Virus record (IMG/VR): IMGVR_UViG_2778261301_000023 | DNA length: 30,056 nucleotides | Source of the DNA: a virus | Taxonomy: Duplodnaviria; Heunggongvirae; Uroviricota; Caudoviricetes | Reading direction: 5' to 3' (one strand) | Shown here: positions 8,559 to 18,198 of the stretch, one piece after another | How positions within the stretch are numbered: position 1 is the first letter of the stretch | Layout of the letters: every line of letters begins with the position of its first letter | Made by a program: the position numbers and the translations under genes | The notes under the pieces: model-generated | Told to the model about the DNA's origin: nothing | What the model saw: the letters and a program-made list of their open reading frames with translations, nothing else | Databases searched by the model: none

Positions 8559-8906
8559 TCATACCGGCACCTGCGTCCGGTAACTGGTCCCATTAAAAAA
8601 CACAACATCGATGTTATAGGTGGGGTTATCTGCTCCATCTACCTTTGAAATTGCCAGTGATGCAAAATACCCAGCAAACTGTTGCTGAACCATGTTCACA
8701 TAGTAGTCTGGGTAAATCTGCTGCACGATGCACTGCTGTGCAGGAATACCGTAATTCGCGTAAAACGGCGACTCCCCCAATCCCAGCTTTAACGTCTGAA
8801 TGAGCGTCGTCAGCCAGCCGTAGGAGAAATCACCGTTGGCGTCAGATTCTACTGCAACCCATTTTTTGTTGCCGTTCGCGTCGGTGACGCGGCCCCATGT
8901 TCTCAT
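8559..8906 (-). CDS. Putative baseplate protein (gpW/gp25-like position), 115 aa
   Basis: Assigned by size and position between the spike-like and J-like genes. I could not confirm any family motif by eye. Confidence 0.4.
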   Translation of the reverse strand: MRTWGRVTDANGNKKWVAVESDANGDFSYGWLTTLIQTLKLGLGESPFYANYGIPAQQCIVQQIYPDYYVNMVQQQFAGYFASLAISKVDGADNPTYNIDVVFFNGTSYRTQVPV

Positions 8907-9106
8907 CGTGCCCCCATCACTTTAACTAACTCTGTCAGTACTGGTGAAAAGGCAAATGCTAAAGCTACGAGTGCAGCGGTGTAATACATGCGTCGTAAGG
9001 TATTGCTTTTTGCCACTAATTTTAAGGCTTTCACAATCCAGTCTCCTCCGCTAAAATTAATCACGGAAGACCTCCAAACATACGTAATCATCCCTTGCGT
9101 ATTCAA
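8903..9106 (-). CDS. Small hypothetical protein with a C-terminal hydrophobic segment (YYTAALVALAFAFSPVL)
   Basis: Short ORF whose stop overlaps the downstream start (ATGA). The start codon is uncertain. Confidence 0.3.
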   Translation of the reverse strand: MNTQGMITYVWRSSVINFSGGDWIVKALKLVAKSNTLRRMYYTAALVALAFAFSPVLTELVKVMGAR

Positions 9107-9119
9107 GGTGAGAAACAGA

Positions 9120-9157
9120 AAACCCCGACTGGGCCAACAGTCGGGGTTTTCGTTTTA
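9120..9157 (-). terminator. Intrinsic terminator-like hairpin inside the baseplate gene cluster
   Basis: Stem ccccgactg (9124-9132) / cagtcgggg (9139-9147) with loop ggccaa, flanked by AAAA and TTTTCGTTTT; T-rich on either strand. Confidence 0.5.
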
Positions 9158-9188
9158 TGGTCAGAATTTAAAGTGAAATGAACCGGTA

Positions 9189-9902
9189 TTAACCAGGATT
9201 TGGTTTCTTCGACGTAATCGTGCTGCTGCCGCTTTGAACACCAGTCACATCGTGGCTGTGGCCGCTGACGCTCACGCCGTTGATAACTGCATCCATCTCG
9301 ACATTAAGAGGACCAATCAGCGAAGCGGTTGTATCCTTCATCTGGGCTTTGTCCTGGACGATCGGTCCATTGAGGTGAATTTTCCCGTTCAGGAAAATAT
9401 CTTCGGCCTCGAGGTAAACAGCTTTCGACTTTTGCCTGATTTCTTCCAGAGCCACCATTACCGAGCTACTGCCGTCCTCTGTTTTGAGGATCGCGCCATC
9501 CGGACCGTACAAAACGATTTTTTGCGGATCTTCGTCGGACCACTCCTTGTTTGCCAATGGCACGAAAAACAGGGGAGTGAGCGACATCGAGTAAGAAAGC
9601 GTTGCCATACCGGTTCCCAATCCGGACACACCGCGCAGTGATACATCAGCGGCAATTGTTACTCCTCGATCGCCCGGCTGTATCGGGTAACGGATATACG
9701 GGAATGTGGCGACAGGGATTGTTATCTGCGGGAAGTTGATCCCCTCCGGCAGCATATCAAACTGAACTGTCACTATTTGCCCGCAGATATCGACAACATG
9801 GCAGGGCAATTCGCGGCCTTTAAGCTCGGCTTGCTGGTTACCAGAACTGGTCATCATCTCCGACAGTGTTCGGAGAAACGGTAATTTTTGAGCGTTTGAC
9901 AT
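9189..9902 (-). CDS. Baseplate spike / assembly protein V-like, 237 aa
   Basis: Position after the hub-like gene; C-terminal SGHSHDVTG recalls the His-containing apex motifs of gpV-type spikes. The stop overlaps the upstream gene. Confidence 0.55.
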   Translation of the reverse strand: MSNAQKLPFLRTLSEMMTSSGNQQAELKGRELPCHVVDICGQIVTVQFDMLPEGINFPQITIPVATFPYIRYPIQPGDRGVTIAADVSLRGVSGLGTGMATLSYSMSLTPLFFVPLANKEWSDEDPQKIVLYGPDGAILKTEDGSSSVMVALEEIRQKSKAVYLEAEDIFLNGKIHLNGPIVQDKAQMKDTTASLIGPLNVEMDAVINGVSVSGHSHDVTGVQSGSSTITSKKPNPG

Positions 9903-10909
9903 TACACCCTCGCCCAGTTCTCAGCATATGCCTCAAATACCGTCACCCAGGCATCGCCATCGGCTGTCAGATACGAACCAATGTGTCTGACTGATTTCAC
10001 AAGAAATTTCCCGGTGAACGTGGTCGAATTTTTTGCGATAACGCTGGGTACCGTTGTATTAGCCATCACAATCGACGCAGCGCCAGAATATAGCCCCTCC
10101 GGCAGTTTAACCACATCACCACATCTGATATCGCCTCTCATAGGGCATTTGAAACTGACGGTAAACGGCGCTATCCATGTCGGCTGCCCGACCAGTTCAT
10201 GGGCATGAATTGTTTTTGGCTCACCCCACTTTGCCGATGCGTTATCGTAGATTCGTATTCTGTCGGAAAGAATACTGATGGCGATTCCGCTATACCTTTC
10301 ATTACGCATCATCGCAATAGAGGCGTTTTTTACGACCATAGCCAGCGAACCAATCTCCGTATATTTGCCCGTCCACGGCTCTGGCAAAACCAGGTTGTCG
10401 CTGACTGTGCAATCAATAAGTTTATTGGGATATGCTTTTTGCAAAGCGCGGACTAAAACATCGCCCACCCTTTCCCCTGCTTCCCCCTGCCCCTCAATTG
10501 AAAAAGGTTTACCGTCATCGGTTTTGCGTATGCTTGGATTTATTACCAGGTTTAAAGTCTGGTTCGTGCCGATCCAGTTGGCATAGGCCAGATAAATTTC
10601 ACCATAGATTACCTCCCCCTGTTGATCCTTATTTGCCAGTGGTAACCCCTGAACAAAGCCTGCTTTCATACGTACCAGACAACCCTGCAAACTTACGCTT
10701 TGCTTCAGCATGTCAATTGGTAATCCATAGATCGTCAGCATCGTACCCGAACAGACTACATCCAGGCCGGTTACTTCAAAGTCAAATTCAACATGCAACC
10801 CACATCCTGGTGTTTCATTGGTATCAAAAGGTCCAATGGGTTTTCCATTGCTATCCACTGGCGGCTTGCCTGTTTTAGGATTAATAATTTCCAGTCGGTA
10901 ATAACGCAT
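9902..10909 (-). CDS. Baseplate hub / late-control gpD-like tail protein, 335 aa
   Basis: Size and position in the tail cluster; translationally coupled to both neighbours. Confidence 0.5.
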   Translation of the reverse strand: MRYYRLEIINPKTGKPPVDSNGKPIGPFDTNETPGCGLHVEFDFEVTGLDVVCSGTMLTIYGLPIDMLKQSVSLQGCLVRMKAGFVQGLPLANKDQQGEVIYGEIYLAYANWIGTNQTLNLVINPSIRKTDDGKPFSIEGQGEAGERVGDVLVRALQKAYPNKLIDCTVSDNLVLPEPWTGKYTEIGSLAMVVKNASIAMMRNERYSGIAISILSDRIRIYDNASAKWGEPKTIHAHELVGQPTWIAPFTVSFKCPMRGDIRCGDVVKLPEGLYSGAASIVMANTTVPSVIAKNSTTFTGKFLVKSVRHIGSYLTADGDAWVTVFEAYAENWARV

Positions 10910-11175
10910 TACGAAACCTCAAACTGATTCGTACTTTCGCGAAAAACAAGTTTCCCCGGAGAGCAAGGCAGCGCCAGATTGATGTCGTAACTGTCAGGTG
11001 ACGCGATCAAAGGCATGTATACAATCACGTCGCCTGAACTGTCTTTCAGTTCCAGGTAGTAACGATTTGCATACAGATTAAACGGAACGCGGGCGAATGT
11101 TTCATATTCTCCGATTCTGGCAGTGAACTGAAATGGTCCTCGCCCGTCAGGTTTGAAAGGAATTAACGTTGTCAT
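10909..11175 (-). CDS. Small tail protein (gpX-like position), 88 aa
   Basis: Coupled small ORF between tail genes; no motif confirmed. Confidence 0.35.
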   Translation of the reverse strand: MTTLIPFKPDGRGPFQFTARIGEYETFARVPFNLYANRYYLELKDSSGDVIVYMPLIASPDSYDINLALPCSPGKLVFRESTNQFEVS

Positions 11176-11840
11176 AAGCCAAAACCAAACTCCTGCACGA
11201 CCTGGTTCTTAATACCTGACCACGATAGCGCCCCGTCTGACGGCATCCCTTTATCAAATTTATCCAGAACGCTCGCCAGCGTTTTTACCGTTTGTTCGAC
11301 AGACGACAATGGTTGCTCAAACTCAATCTGCCAGGTGTGCTGAACCTGCTTGTTCTGCTCAGAGAAACCGGATGTATCGATAAACGACCGCATCAGACAG
11401 CGCGTGTAGATGAAAGATGGCGTCATTACGGTGTAACAACCGCCATACTGGTTATGCATATCGAGCGCCATTTTCAGCGCCGTGAATGTCATCCCCTTAG
11501 TGATGTAGCCACCGTCCTCCGTTGATGCCGGACGGATCATCTGCATGACTACCCGGTTAGGCTTCTTGACGGTCGCATTCGCTGCCGTTACCTGGTTATA
11601 GAAATTCAGGTTGCAAATATCCTGCTGAACCAACGTTGTCCCCGCCATCGGGGTAAATGCCGCCATCGAGCGTGTACGAATCTCGCCATGCAGCAGACCG
11701 TTCACAATGCTTAGGCCTTCGGTCAAAACAGCAATCGGCATCACCCCGCCGGGAATTTTCGACGCTATGCCATCAACTAAAAGAATGGGCGATACTTCAA
11801 ACGCCAGTTTGAAAGCTTGTCCAAAGTAATTAAGTGACAT
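11172..11840 (-). CDS. Tail protein immediately after the tape measure gene (gpU-like position), 222 aa
   Basis: Position only. Confidence 0.35.
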   Translation of the reverse strand: MSLNYFGQAFKLAFEVSPILLVDGIASKIPGGVMPIAVLTEGLSIVNGLLHGEIRTRSMAAFTPMAGTTLVQQDICNLNFYNQVTAANATVKKPNRVVMQMIRPASTEDGGYITKGMTFTALKMALDMHNQYGGCYTVMTPSFIYTRCLMRSFIDTSGFSEQNKQVQHTWQIEFEQPLSSVEQTVKTLASVLDKFDKGMPSDGALSWSGIKNQVVQEFGFGL

Positions 11841-11843
11841 GGT

Positions 11844-13922
11844 TTACCCCGGTATTTGTTGCATTCCGGCGAGTTGTGCCAGTATGTCGGAACCTGGTTT
11901 TTGTTGAACGTCGAGCCTGATTACCTGAGAAGTATTATTTGGTGAATATACGTTTCCCCGGTTCATTGCCAGCGCCCGCATCACATCATCGCCACTTACT
12001 GCACGAGCGGCGTCCCCATTTTCATGGTTAATAATGCCCTGAATTAGCTTTCTCATTATCTCAAAATTAGAACCATCGATTTTCTCCTTAACACCTAATC
12101 CGGTGTACTGAGAGAGATAGCTTTTATAGGACGATGTGTTATTTCCATCAGATGAAGGGGCATAAATATCAATAATCTGATCAATCGTATTTTTGCCGCG
12201 TTTCAGGTATAGCATTACCTGCCGATCTAAGGCAGCAATGCCTTCCAGCATCGTCGGGAAGCTGGCAAAACGGGCATTTGGCCCCGATTCCAAGGTAGCC
12301 CCTTTTTGTCCTGCGAAATTAAGATTTCCGGGATTGTTATTCCTGATCCCTCTGGATAAATATGCAGATCTGTTTACTTGATTTGAAAATCCCTGCAATC
12401 CTCCAGGCCAGACCTTACCCGGATTGTTTTTTTGCCACTCCTGCACTTCGTTAAAATAATCAAAGTTGAAACGCCCCTCCAGCCCTTTCATTTCCTCACT
12501 GGTGGTTGGTGTGTCATTTGTAGGAATAGCCAATCCAGCTACTGTTCCGGCTGTAGCCCCAAGAAGACTTCCACCAACAACACGGGCGGCAACTCCGGTC
12601 GTTGTGGCTGCCACAGCACCAACTCTCGATGGTCCAGCAAGTACTGCGGCCCCAAAAAGCCAGGGATGTTCAACCGCAAAACCAACAAACCCGCTAAGTG
12701 CCTTAACAACCTTTGCAACATTTTCGGCAAAATTATTCAGGTCGTTATTAAAATCCGGGCCATTTACATACTTACCAAGTTTATCCAGACCTGTTTCAAC
12801 ATCAGTCAAAATTCTTTTAAAGTTCTCACCGTTAAGGAAATTTAGACCAGCATTCTTTACACCATTAGATATTCTAATTAGCTGTACAGAGTTACCCGAC
12901 ATTGCCCCCTGAAATCCGCTGGTAAGTTGATCCCAGTTATTTTCTAAGTTACTGGTAAGATTCTGATACTGGCTTGTATGTCCAGAGGTAAGCAACGAGT
13001 CATTCTGAGAAGCTCGCGATAAAAACTCTTTGTTGAGTTCAGGTATTTTGTCCTGATATTTGACTAACTGGTTAGCAATACCAAAATTTACCCATCCAAG
13101 GCCACGACCTCTGAGCATGCTCTGAGTAAGTCCGGTTCCCTCATACTCCTTTGCAAGAGCAGCAACTCTTTCTAACAATACAGGAAGATTTTCTGCTGCC
13201 CCTTTTTTAGGATTTATCCCTAATCCAATTAGCCCGTTGTAAGCAGGATGCTGAGTGTCATTTTGCGCGGCTGCCAGTGTATTGAGCAAATTACCAACAC
13301 CGGAAAAATAAGGCGAATAAGTGCTTTCTGCCGCCTTTAACTCTCCTGGAGTTGCCTGCAATTCATCAGCATTTTTCTGTTTCTCTACAACATTACGAGC
13401 CATCATGCCAAAGCCAAACGGCCCGGTAACGCCCATAACCGCAAGTTTTGTCCCCCACGATACGGTGGTTTTAAACAGGTTGTTTAATCTCGAAGTGGTC
13501 GTCCGTAGCGTAGAATTGATCTGCTTGTAAGTTTTCAGCGTCTGTTTGGCGTTTTTCCCCAGCCCGCTGAGGTACTTATCAAACATCGTTTCGCCGCGAC
13601 CTTTATAGTTGCTCACCAGCGAATCAGGTGTTTTCCCGCTGCCAACAAAGCGCCATTTTTCATCCCTTAAACGTCCATCAGTGGAAGCAGCCAGAACTGG
13701 CGCGGGTGAAGATGGTTTCCTGGGAGCCTGATTGGCTTCTCCGCCTGTGGTTGTCTGCCAAGAGCCACCTCCCGGACCGGTATTTGAAGGTATTTTAAGC
13801 GGCGTACCGGCAGGGCCAATCATCAGTCCGTTGCGATACTTTTCAAATATCGCCTCAAGCCGCCTGAGGTGTTCTTCATTAACATCCAGCGTCAGAACTG
13901 GCATCTGGTTACCAGCCATCAC
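11844..13922 (-). CDS. Tail tape measure protein, 692 aa
   Basis: Largest ORF, downstream of the chaperone frameshift pair; Gly/Ala-rich hydrophobic central region, typical of tape measure proteins. Confidence 0.65.
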   Translation of the reverse strand: MMAGNQMPVLTLDVNEEHLRRLEAIFEKYRNGLMIGPAGTPLKIPSNTGPGGGSWQTTTGGEANQAPRKPSSPAPVLAASTDGRLRDEKWRFVGSGKTPDSLVSNYKGRGETMFDKYLSGLGKNAKQTLKTYKQINSTLRTTTSRLNNLFKTTVSWGTKLAVMGVTGPFGFGMMARNVVEKQKNADELQATPGELKAAESTYSPYFSGVGNLLNTLAAAQNDTQHPAYNGLIGLGINPKKGAAENLPVLLERVAALAKEYEGTGLTQSMLRGRGLGWVNFGIANQLVKYQDKIPELNKEFLSRASQNDSLLTSGHTSQYQNLTSNLENNWDQLTSGFQGAMSGNSVQLIRISNGVKNAGLNFLNGENFKRILTDVETGLDKLGKYVNGPDFNNDLNNFAENVAKVVKALSGFVGFAVEHPWLFGAAVLAGPSRVGAVAATTTGVAARVVGGSLLGATAGTVAGLAIPTNDTPTTSEEMKGLEGRFNFDYFNEVQEWQKNNPGKVWPGGLQGFSNQVNRSAYLSRGIRNNNPGNLNFAGQKGATLESGPNARFASFPTMLEGIAALDRQVMLYLKRGKNTIDQIIDIYAPSSDGNNTSSYKSYLSQYTGLGVKEKIDGSNFEIMRKLIQGIINHENGDAARAVSGDDVMRALAMNRGNVYSPNNTSQVIRLDVQQKPGSDILAQLAGMQQIPG

Positions 13923-14226
13923 AATACTCCTGCGGGATTTTTGAATTTGAGCAGCTCACGAAACTGAGCTGCTGTTTTTACATTTAGGCCGGAATCTGCA
14001 CAGATGTCTCTGAATCCGGCTCCGGCTGAGTAGTCGAGGATGTCGCTGATGACGTGTTCGCCGTCGCGCCAGAACTGGCGGCTGATTTCAATGTCGGCAA
14101 TGAAGCGATCCATTCCGTAAGATTCAATAACGAGCATTGAGTGCTCCATACTCCATTGACCACATCCATAGTCCCCTTCGCCTGCTCCGGTGAATTTATC
14201 GACGAGACGCATGTAAAAAAAATGAG
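13919..14226 (-). CDS. Tail assembly chaperone -1 frameshift extension (lambda G/GT-type fusion product)
   Basis: A 97-aa ORF in the -1 frame starts inside the chaperone gene directly after a run of eight T on the minus strand (plus 14215-14222; zero frame ..GAG CTC ATT TTT TTT ACA..) and ends overlapping the tape measure start. Confidence 0.55.
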
Positions 14227-14601
14227 CTCACCCGCCACTTCATCCAAATCAATGATTTCACGCTCCAGCGCCATATCGAGAGGGATTGTGTCGTAGCCTT
14301 TACCCTCCACTGAGTAAACAAGGTTTGCCAGGCGAATGACCTCATTAACAAGTGTATTACGGACCCCTTTATCACCTTCCCAGATATTAGAATCACGCGA
14401 GATCCGCTCCAGCATCAAAAAAGCGATACGCGGACCCGCAACGACGCCAAGACCTTCTGAAAAAATGGCAGAAAAAGTTTTACTCAGAATGAAGAAATGC
14501 TCTTTAAACACCTCTTTGCTGATCGGCGTGGCATGGATCCAGCCATTACCCTTTTCTGTCCGGACAGGAATAATCAGGTTTAAATTTCGAGCGATTTTCA
14601 T
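13984..14601 (-). CDS. Tail assembly chaperone, zero-frame product
   Basis: Between tail tube and tape measure. Start at the internal Met (MKIARNL) gives an ATGA overlap with the tube gene stop. Contains the T8 slippery run. Confidence 0.55.
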   Translation of the reverse strand: MKIARNLNLIIPVRTEKGNGWIHATPISKEVFKEHFFILSKTFSAIFSEGLGVVAGPRIAFLMLERISRDSNIWEGDKGVRNTLVNEVIRLANLVYSVEGKGYDTIPLDMALEREIIDLDEVAGELIFFTCVSSINSPEQAKGTMDVVNGVWSTQCSLLNLTEWIASLPTLKSAASSGATANTSSATSSTTQPEPDSETSVQIPA

Positions 14602-15041
14602 ACCAGATCCCACATTTCAGAGTTGATGTAATACGTACCAGTAATGGTGATGGCCACACCCGGCTCGCCCCCGGCGAAGGTCATATCCTGCACGTTGGTG
14701 ATCGCCGTGTTATAGATATCGAAGTCACCGAACACCGTGCTGTCGCTATACACTTTTGCGTCGCCGATCGTGGCATTCTTTTCCCATTGCGCCTTGAATT
14801 GTTTTCCCAGCGCCTGGCTACGCAGCAGATGAACACGCGCCTGTAAAATCATGTATGGCTGCGGCGACTGCACGGCTCCCGTCATAGCGGGTAAAAACTC
14901 CGTGATATTGCCCTGAAAGGACAATTCGACGCCTTCTTTTGCCAGAAATGAGGCGGACACATTCAGTTCAGAATGGGAGGTGAATTTAACGCTGGCGCGA
15001 ACCCGGTTAAGGGTGCCAACGGGGATCATTGGATTAGGCAC
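14598..15041 (-). CDS. Tail tube protein, 147 aa
   Basis: Position directly after the sheath gene; size. Confidence 0.55.
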   Translation of the reverse strand: MPNPMIPVGTLNRVRASVKFTSHSELNVSASFLAKEGVELSFQGNITEFLPAMTGAVQSPQPYMILQARVHLLRSQALGKQFKAQWEKNATIGDAKVYSDSTVFGDFDIYNTAITNVQDMTFAGGEPGVAITITGTYYINSEMWDLV

Positions 15042-15052
15042 GGTTCAGTCCC

Positions 15053-16390
15053 TCACGAAAGCTGCATTGTCACATTGATGTTAAAAATGATTTCGACAAA
15101 TCCGCGCATCGGCGTATAGGAGGCCGAAAGGCCTGCATAACGCCCGATACCGTAATCATTGGGATTAGTGTTGATATACTGGCGGAAAGGCACTGCATCG
15201 ACGACAGGCTGACCGTTGACCAGGCCGTAAGATACGCCCGTATTGAACACCGCCTGTGCGACCTGCTGTAGACGGTCGATCCCGTCCTGGTTGTAGTAAA
15301 GCGGGTTAATTGAGTTATTGCTGCCGTTGATCACCGTGTTGGCGAGCTGCATATCGACATTAATCTGCACCCAGTCCACGGAATACCAGTACGTCATATC
15401 GTTACCGTCACTGGTAACGCCTTTCACCAGAATCGTGTTGGAAATTCCCCCCTCAGCCCCCGTGTCGACGTAGTTAATATTCTGCTTCGTCATCGTGACC
15501 AGAATTGAATTTTTGCCCGTGTGGGCGTTTACCGCCTGTAGATAGCGAAATGCCATCGGCGGCACCTTGTTGATTTCTGAAGGTGATGCGGAAACATAGT
15601 TCCACATTACGGCTGCTGCCGCGTTTGTCGCCGGGTACGTATCATCCGCCGTTGCAATAACCGACTTAATACCGGCATAAGGCGAAACGTAATTCGTGTC
15701 GTCCGGCGTTTTCGTCAGCACGAAGAAATACTGCATCGCTTCGTTGGCGGTGTGGAGTTTTGCCAGACTGATAAACTCTGCGTCACCATCCCACGGCTGC
15801 GGCACCAGATACGCATAAAAACGCAGGAGCGGATCTTCCATATAAGCTTTCAGTGCAGCGATTTCCTTACTGACTCCACCTTTCTGTACTCCCAGCTCCA
15901 GCAGGTAAATCCCAACTGAATTTCCCTGGGCAAAAAACGTGTTTACTGCCGTCACCAGATTTTCACTGCCAACAATGGAAAACTGCCCCAGTGTCACTGG
16001 CGAACCGGAAAGCTGAGAATCAGCAATCGTCCAAGTCAGTGTTTTTTCATCCGTGACGGTAGCAGTATATTCGCCATTCCACGCGTCGGGCGAACACCCG
16101 GAAACAACAATTTTCACCTCAGAACTGTTTTCGCGTCGGATGTTGCTCCCTTCCGGAAGCGTCATCGTAACGGTGACGTTTGCCGCAGATTTTCCTGCAG
16201 CAGCCGCCGACAACGCAGCAATCGGATTTCTTACCAGATCGTTAATATCCTGATTACGGGTGAGTAATACAGGCTTTCCCGGCTCATGAGTCGTGGAGCC
16301 AAACGAGAGAACAGCGGACATCTGCTGCGAATTCGAGGGAATGGCCCCGATGGTCTGGGACACATTCACCGTGACGATATTAAACCCCAT
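15053..16390 (-). CDS. Tail sheath protein, 445 aa
   Basis: Size and position immediately before the tube and chaperone genes in a contractile-tail cluster. Confidence 0.6.
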   Translation of the reverse strand: MGFNIVTVNVSQTIGAIPSNSQQMSAVLSFGSTTHEPGKPVLLTRNQDINDLVRNPIAALSAAAAGKSAANVTVTMTLPEGSNIRRENSSEVKIVVSGCSPDAWNGEYTATVTDEKTLTWTIADSQLSGSPVTLGQFSIVGSENLVTAVNTFFAQGNSVGIYLLELGVQKGGVSKEIAALKAYMEDPLLRFYAYLVPQPWDGDAEFISLAKLHTANEAMQYFFVLTKTPDDTNYVSPYAGIKSVIATADDTYPATNAAAAVMWNYVSASPSEINKVPPMAFRYLQAVNAHTGKNSILVTMTKQNINYVDTGAEGGISNTILVKGVTSDGNDMTYWYSVDWVQINVDMQLANTVINGSNNSINPLYYNQDGIDRLQQVAQAVFNTGVSYGLVNGQPVVDAVPFRQYINTNPNDYGIGRYAGLSASYTPMRGFVEIIFNINVTMQLS

Positions 16391-17334
16391 TATTTAACCT
16401 CATATTTACAAATGACTTTTTCAATCAACTGCCGGGATATTTCCCGGGCGGTGCTCTGGTAGTAATTCACGTCAAAATCGACAATCTTTTTCTTCGCCAG
16501 AGCGTTGATTTCAACCTGTCCCGACTTTGCGTCCTGAACCACCGGAATATTGGTTACACCAAACTTTTCCTCCTCCAGCGCCCTGTTCACCACCGAGTCG
16601 ACAAGATCCAGCGCCATTTTATTGCTGAATCCGTAAAGCGTCAGGCGAACCGAATCCTGGACGAGCTGGAATCGCTCACCACCGAAAACAACGGGAGCCA
16701 CCTGCAACGGAATACTGTTGCGAACATCCACCGCGATATACGGAGGGCGAAGGTTCTGCGGTACCAAGTAAGACGGATACACGGTCGCGGCATCTTTCAT
16801 TTGCAGCCAGATCGGGATGCTGTTGGATATGATCTGCTCGTCGCTGATATCCTCCTCGCAGTCGATAATCTGGGAACGCATGGTTGGCAAAATCGCCATG
16901 CCGCGATAATGAAAAATACCCGACTGCTGATAGCGGCTCTCCATTCGAGAAAAAGCGAACTGGACGCCGCCGTACTCACCGAGATAGATCGCATCGGGAT
17001 TTTCCACATTAAAATCATCAACCTGCTGAACAGGCGTGAAAATAATGTTGTTCACATCCTTCGAGACAGACTCGTCCTGAATCGCAATAACCTGACGATG
17101 CAGGCTGCCTTTGATTTTCAGACGAGTTGGTGACTCAATATTCAGACGACACAGTTCATCGCAACTGATGATTTCCGCATTAACCCAATAGACAAAGCCA
17201 TCCAGCGGCAGAACCTGCCGGACATAGAGCCTGAACGTGATTTCCTGGTCTGACGAGATGGTTTCAACTGCTGATTTAAGAACGGACGAGAGCTGCGAAC
17301 TGTGCTGTTCGGCTAATTCTTCAAGACTCGGCAT
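16390..17334 (-). CDS. Hypothetical virion protein (neck / tail completion position), 314 aa
   Basis: Coupled ORF between head and sheath genes. Confidence 0.4.
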   Translation of the reverse strand: MPSLEELAEQHSSQLSSVLKSAVETISSDQEITFRLYVRQVLPLDGFVYWVNAEIISCDELCRLNIESPTRLKIKGSLHRQVIAIQDESVSKDVNNIIFTPVQQVDDFNVENPDAIYLGEYGGVQFAFSRMESRYQQSGIFHYRGMAILPTMRSQIIDCEEDISDEQIISNSIPIWLQMKDAATVYPSYLVPQNLRPPYIAVDVRNSIPLQVAPVVFGGERFQLVQDSVRLTLYGFSNKMALDLVDSVVNRALEEEKFGVTNIPVVQDAKSGQVEINALAKKKIVDFDVNYYQSTAREISRQLIEKVICKYEVK

Positions 17335-17761
17335 TGTTATCTATCCACGCTATAAAGCTGCCCTTAAACAGGCCGCCATCTATGAATGACGGGCGCCGCT
17401 CCCCGGTATATTTGTCCTTAAGCCTTGAGTTAACACCCTGTAACGCAGCCTGGGTTGGGACCTGATTTCCGTTGATCGTCATTCCGGCCATTTCTTCGGT
17501 TTCAAGAAATATATGGAAAATCTTCCCGGTCCCTTCCAGAAAATGCTCGCCAGGTAGCGGAGCCTTATACTTGAAGTGATTGACCAACTGGTACGCCAGT
17601 TCAGTACCTGCCTCCTGGATAATCTCGTCCTTATGCAATTCCCAGAAGTGCGTAAAAATTTCGTATCGCTCCTCGAGGTCACAGGCCACGTCAAACGTGG
17701 TTTTTCCCAGTTCGTCGCCGTAGTCATACGGCTGGTCGATAACCCCAAAACAAAGTTTCAT
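17321..17761 (-). CDS. Hypothetical virion protein (head-tail joining position)
   Basis: Coupled ORF; start taken at the internal Met (MKLCFGV) to limit overlap. Confidence 0.4.
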   Translation of the reverse strand: MKLCFGVIDQPYDYGDELGKTTFDVACDLEERYEIFTHFWELHKDEIIQEAGTELAYQLVNHFKYKAPLPGEHFLEGTGKIFHIFLETEEMAGMTINGNQVPTQAALQGVNSRLKDKYTGERRPSFIDGGLFKGSFIAWIDNNAES

Positions 17762-18198
17762 GGCGTGTAACCCCATACCGTGCCCATCTGCATCAGCACC
17801 GCAACAACCTGTCGTCCATACGGATCCTGTAACATCTGCAAATCCAGCAAAGACAGATTACTCAGCGCGTCGCTGATGGTGATCGAACCAGATGTCCCCT
17901 GGTCTGCTGCCGCGCTGACAAGCCCGGTAGCCAGTTTCCCAAGGTTGAGTTTTTTTCTCAGGTCGGCAAACCACGAGCCGGGAGCGAAATTCAGGAGAAA
18001 TGAGGCGGCAGCGTTATAAACCGTTCGCACATAGATGATGGGTAAACGCTCCAGCCCCTGATCATGAGGGATTAGCTCCATCGCAGACTGAAAGCAACAT
18101 TCCAGCGTCGGATCATCGTCAGCAATAGCATGAACCGGTACTTTCATGTCGTCACGAACAAAGCGAATAAATCCCTCCAGTGACGGACGCAAGGTCAT
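17758..18198 (-). CDS. Hypothetical virion protein (head-tail connector position), 146 aa
   Basis: Coupled ORF. Confidence 0.4.
   Translation of the reverse strand: MTLRPSLEGFIRFVRDDMKVPVHAIADDDPTLECCFQSAMELIPHDQGLERLPIIYVRTVYNAAASFLLNFAPGSWFADLRKKLNLGKLATGLVSAAADQGTSGSITISDALSNLSLLDLQMLQDPYGRQVVAVLMQMGTVWGYTP

Noticed and set aside
8390-8638. 82-aa minus-strand ORF spanning the AT-rich intergenic region upstream of the nuclease gene
   Set aside because: Overlaps the start of the nuclease gene and the end of the W-like gene in a region better explained as promoter and intergenic DNA.
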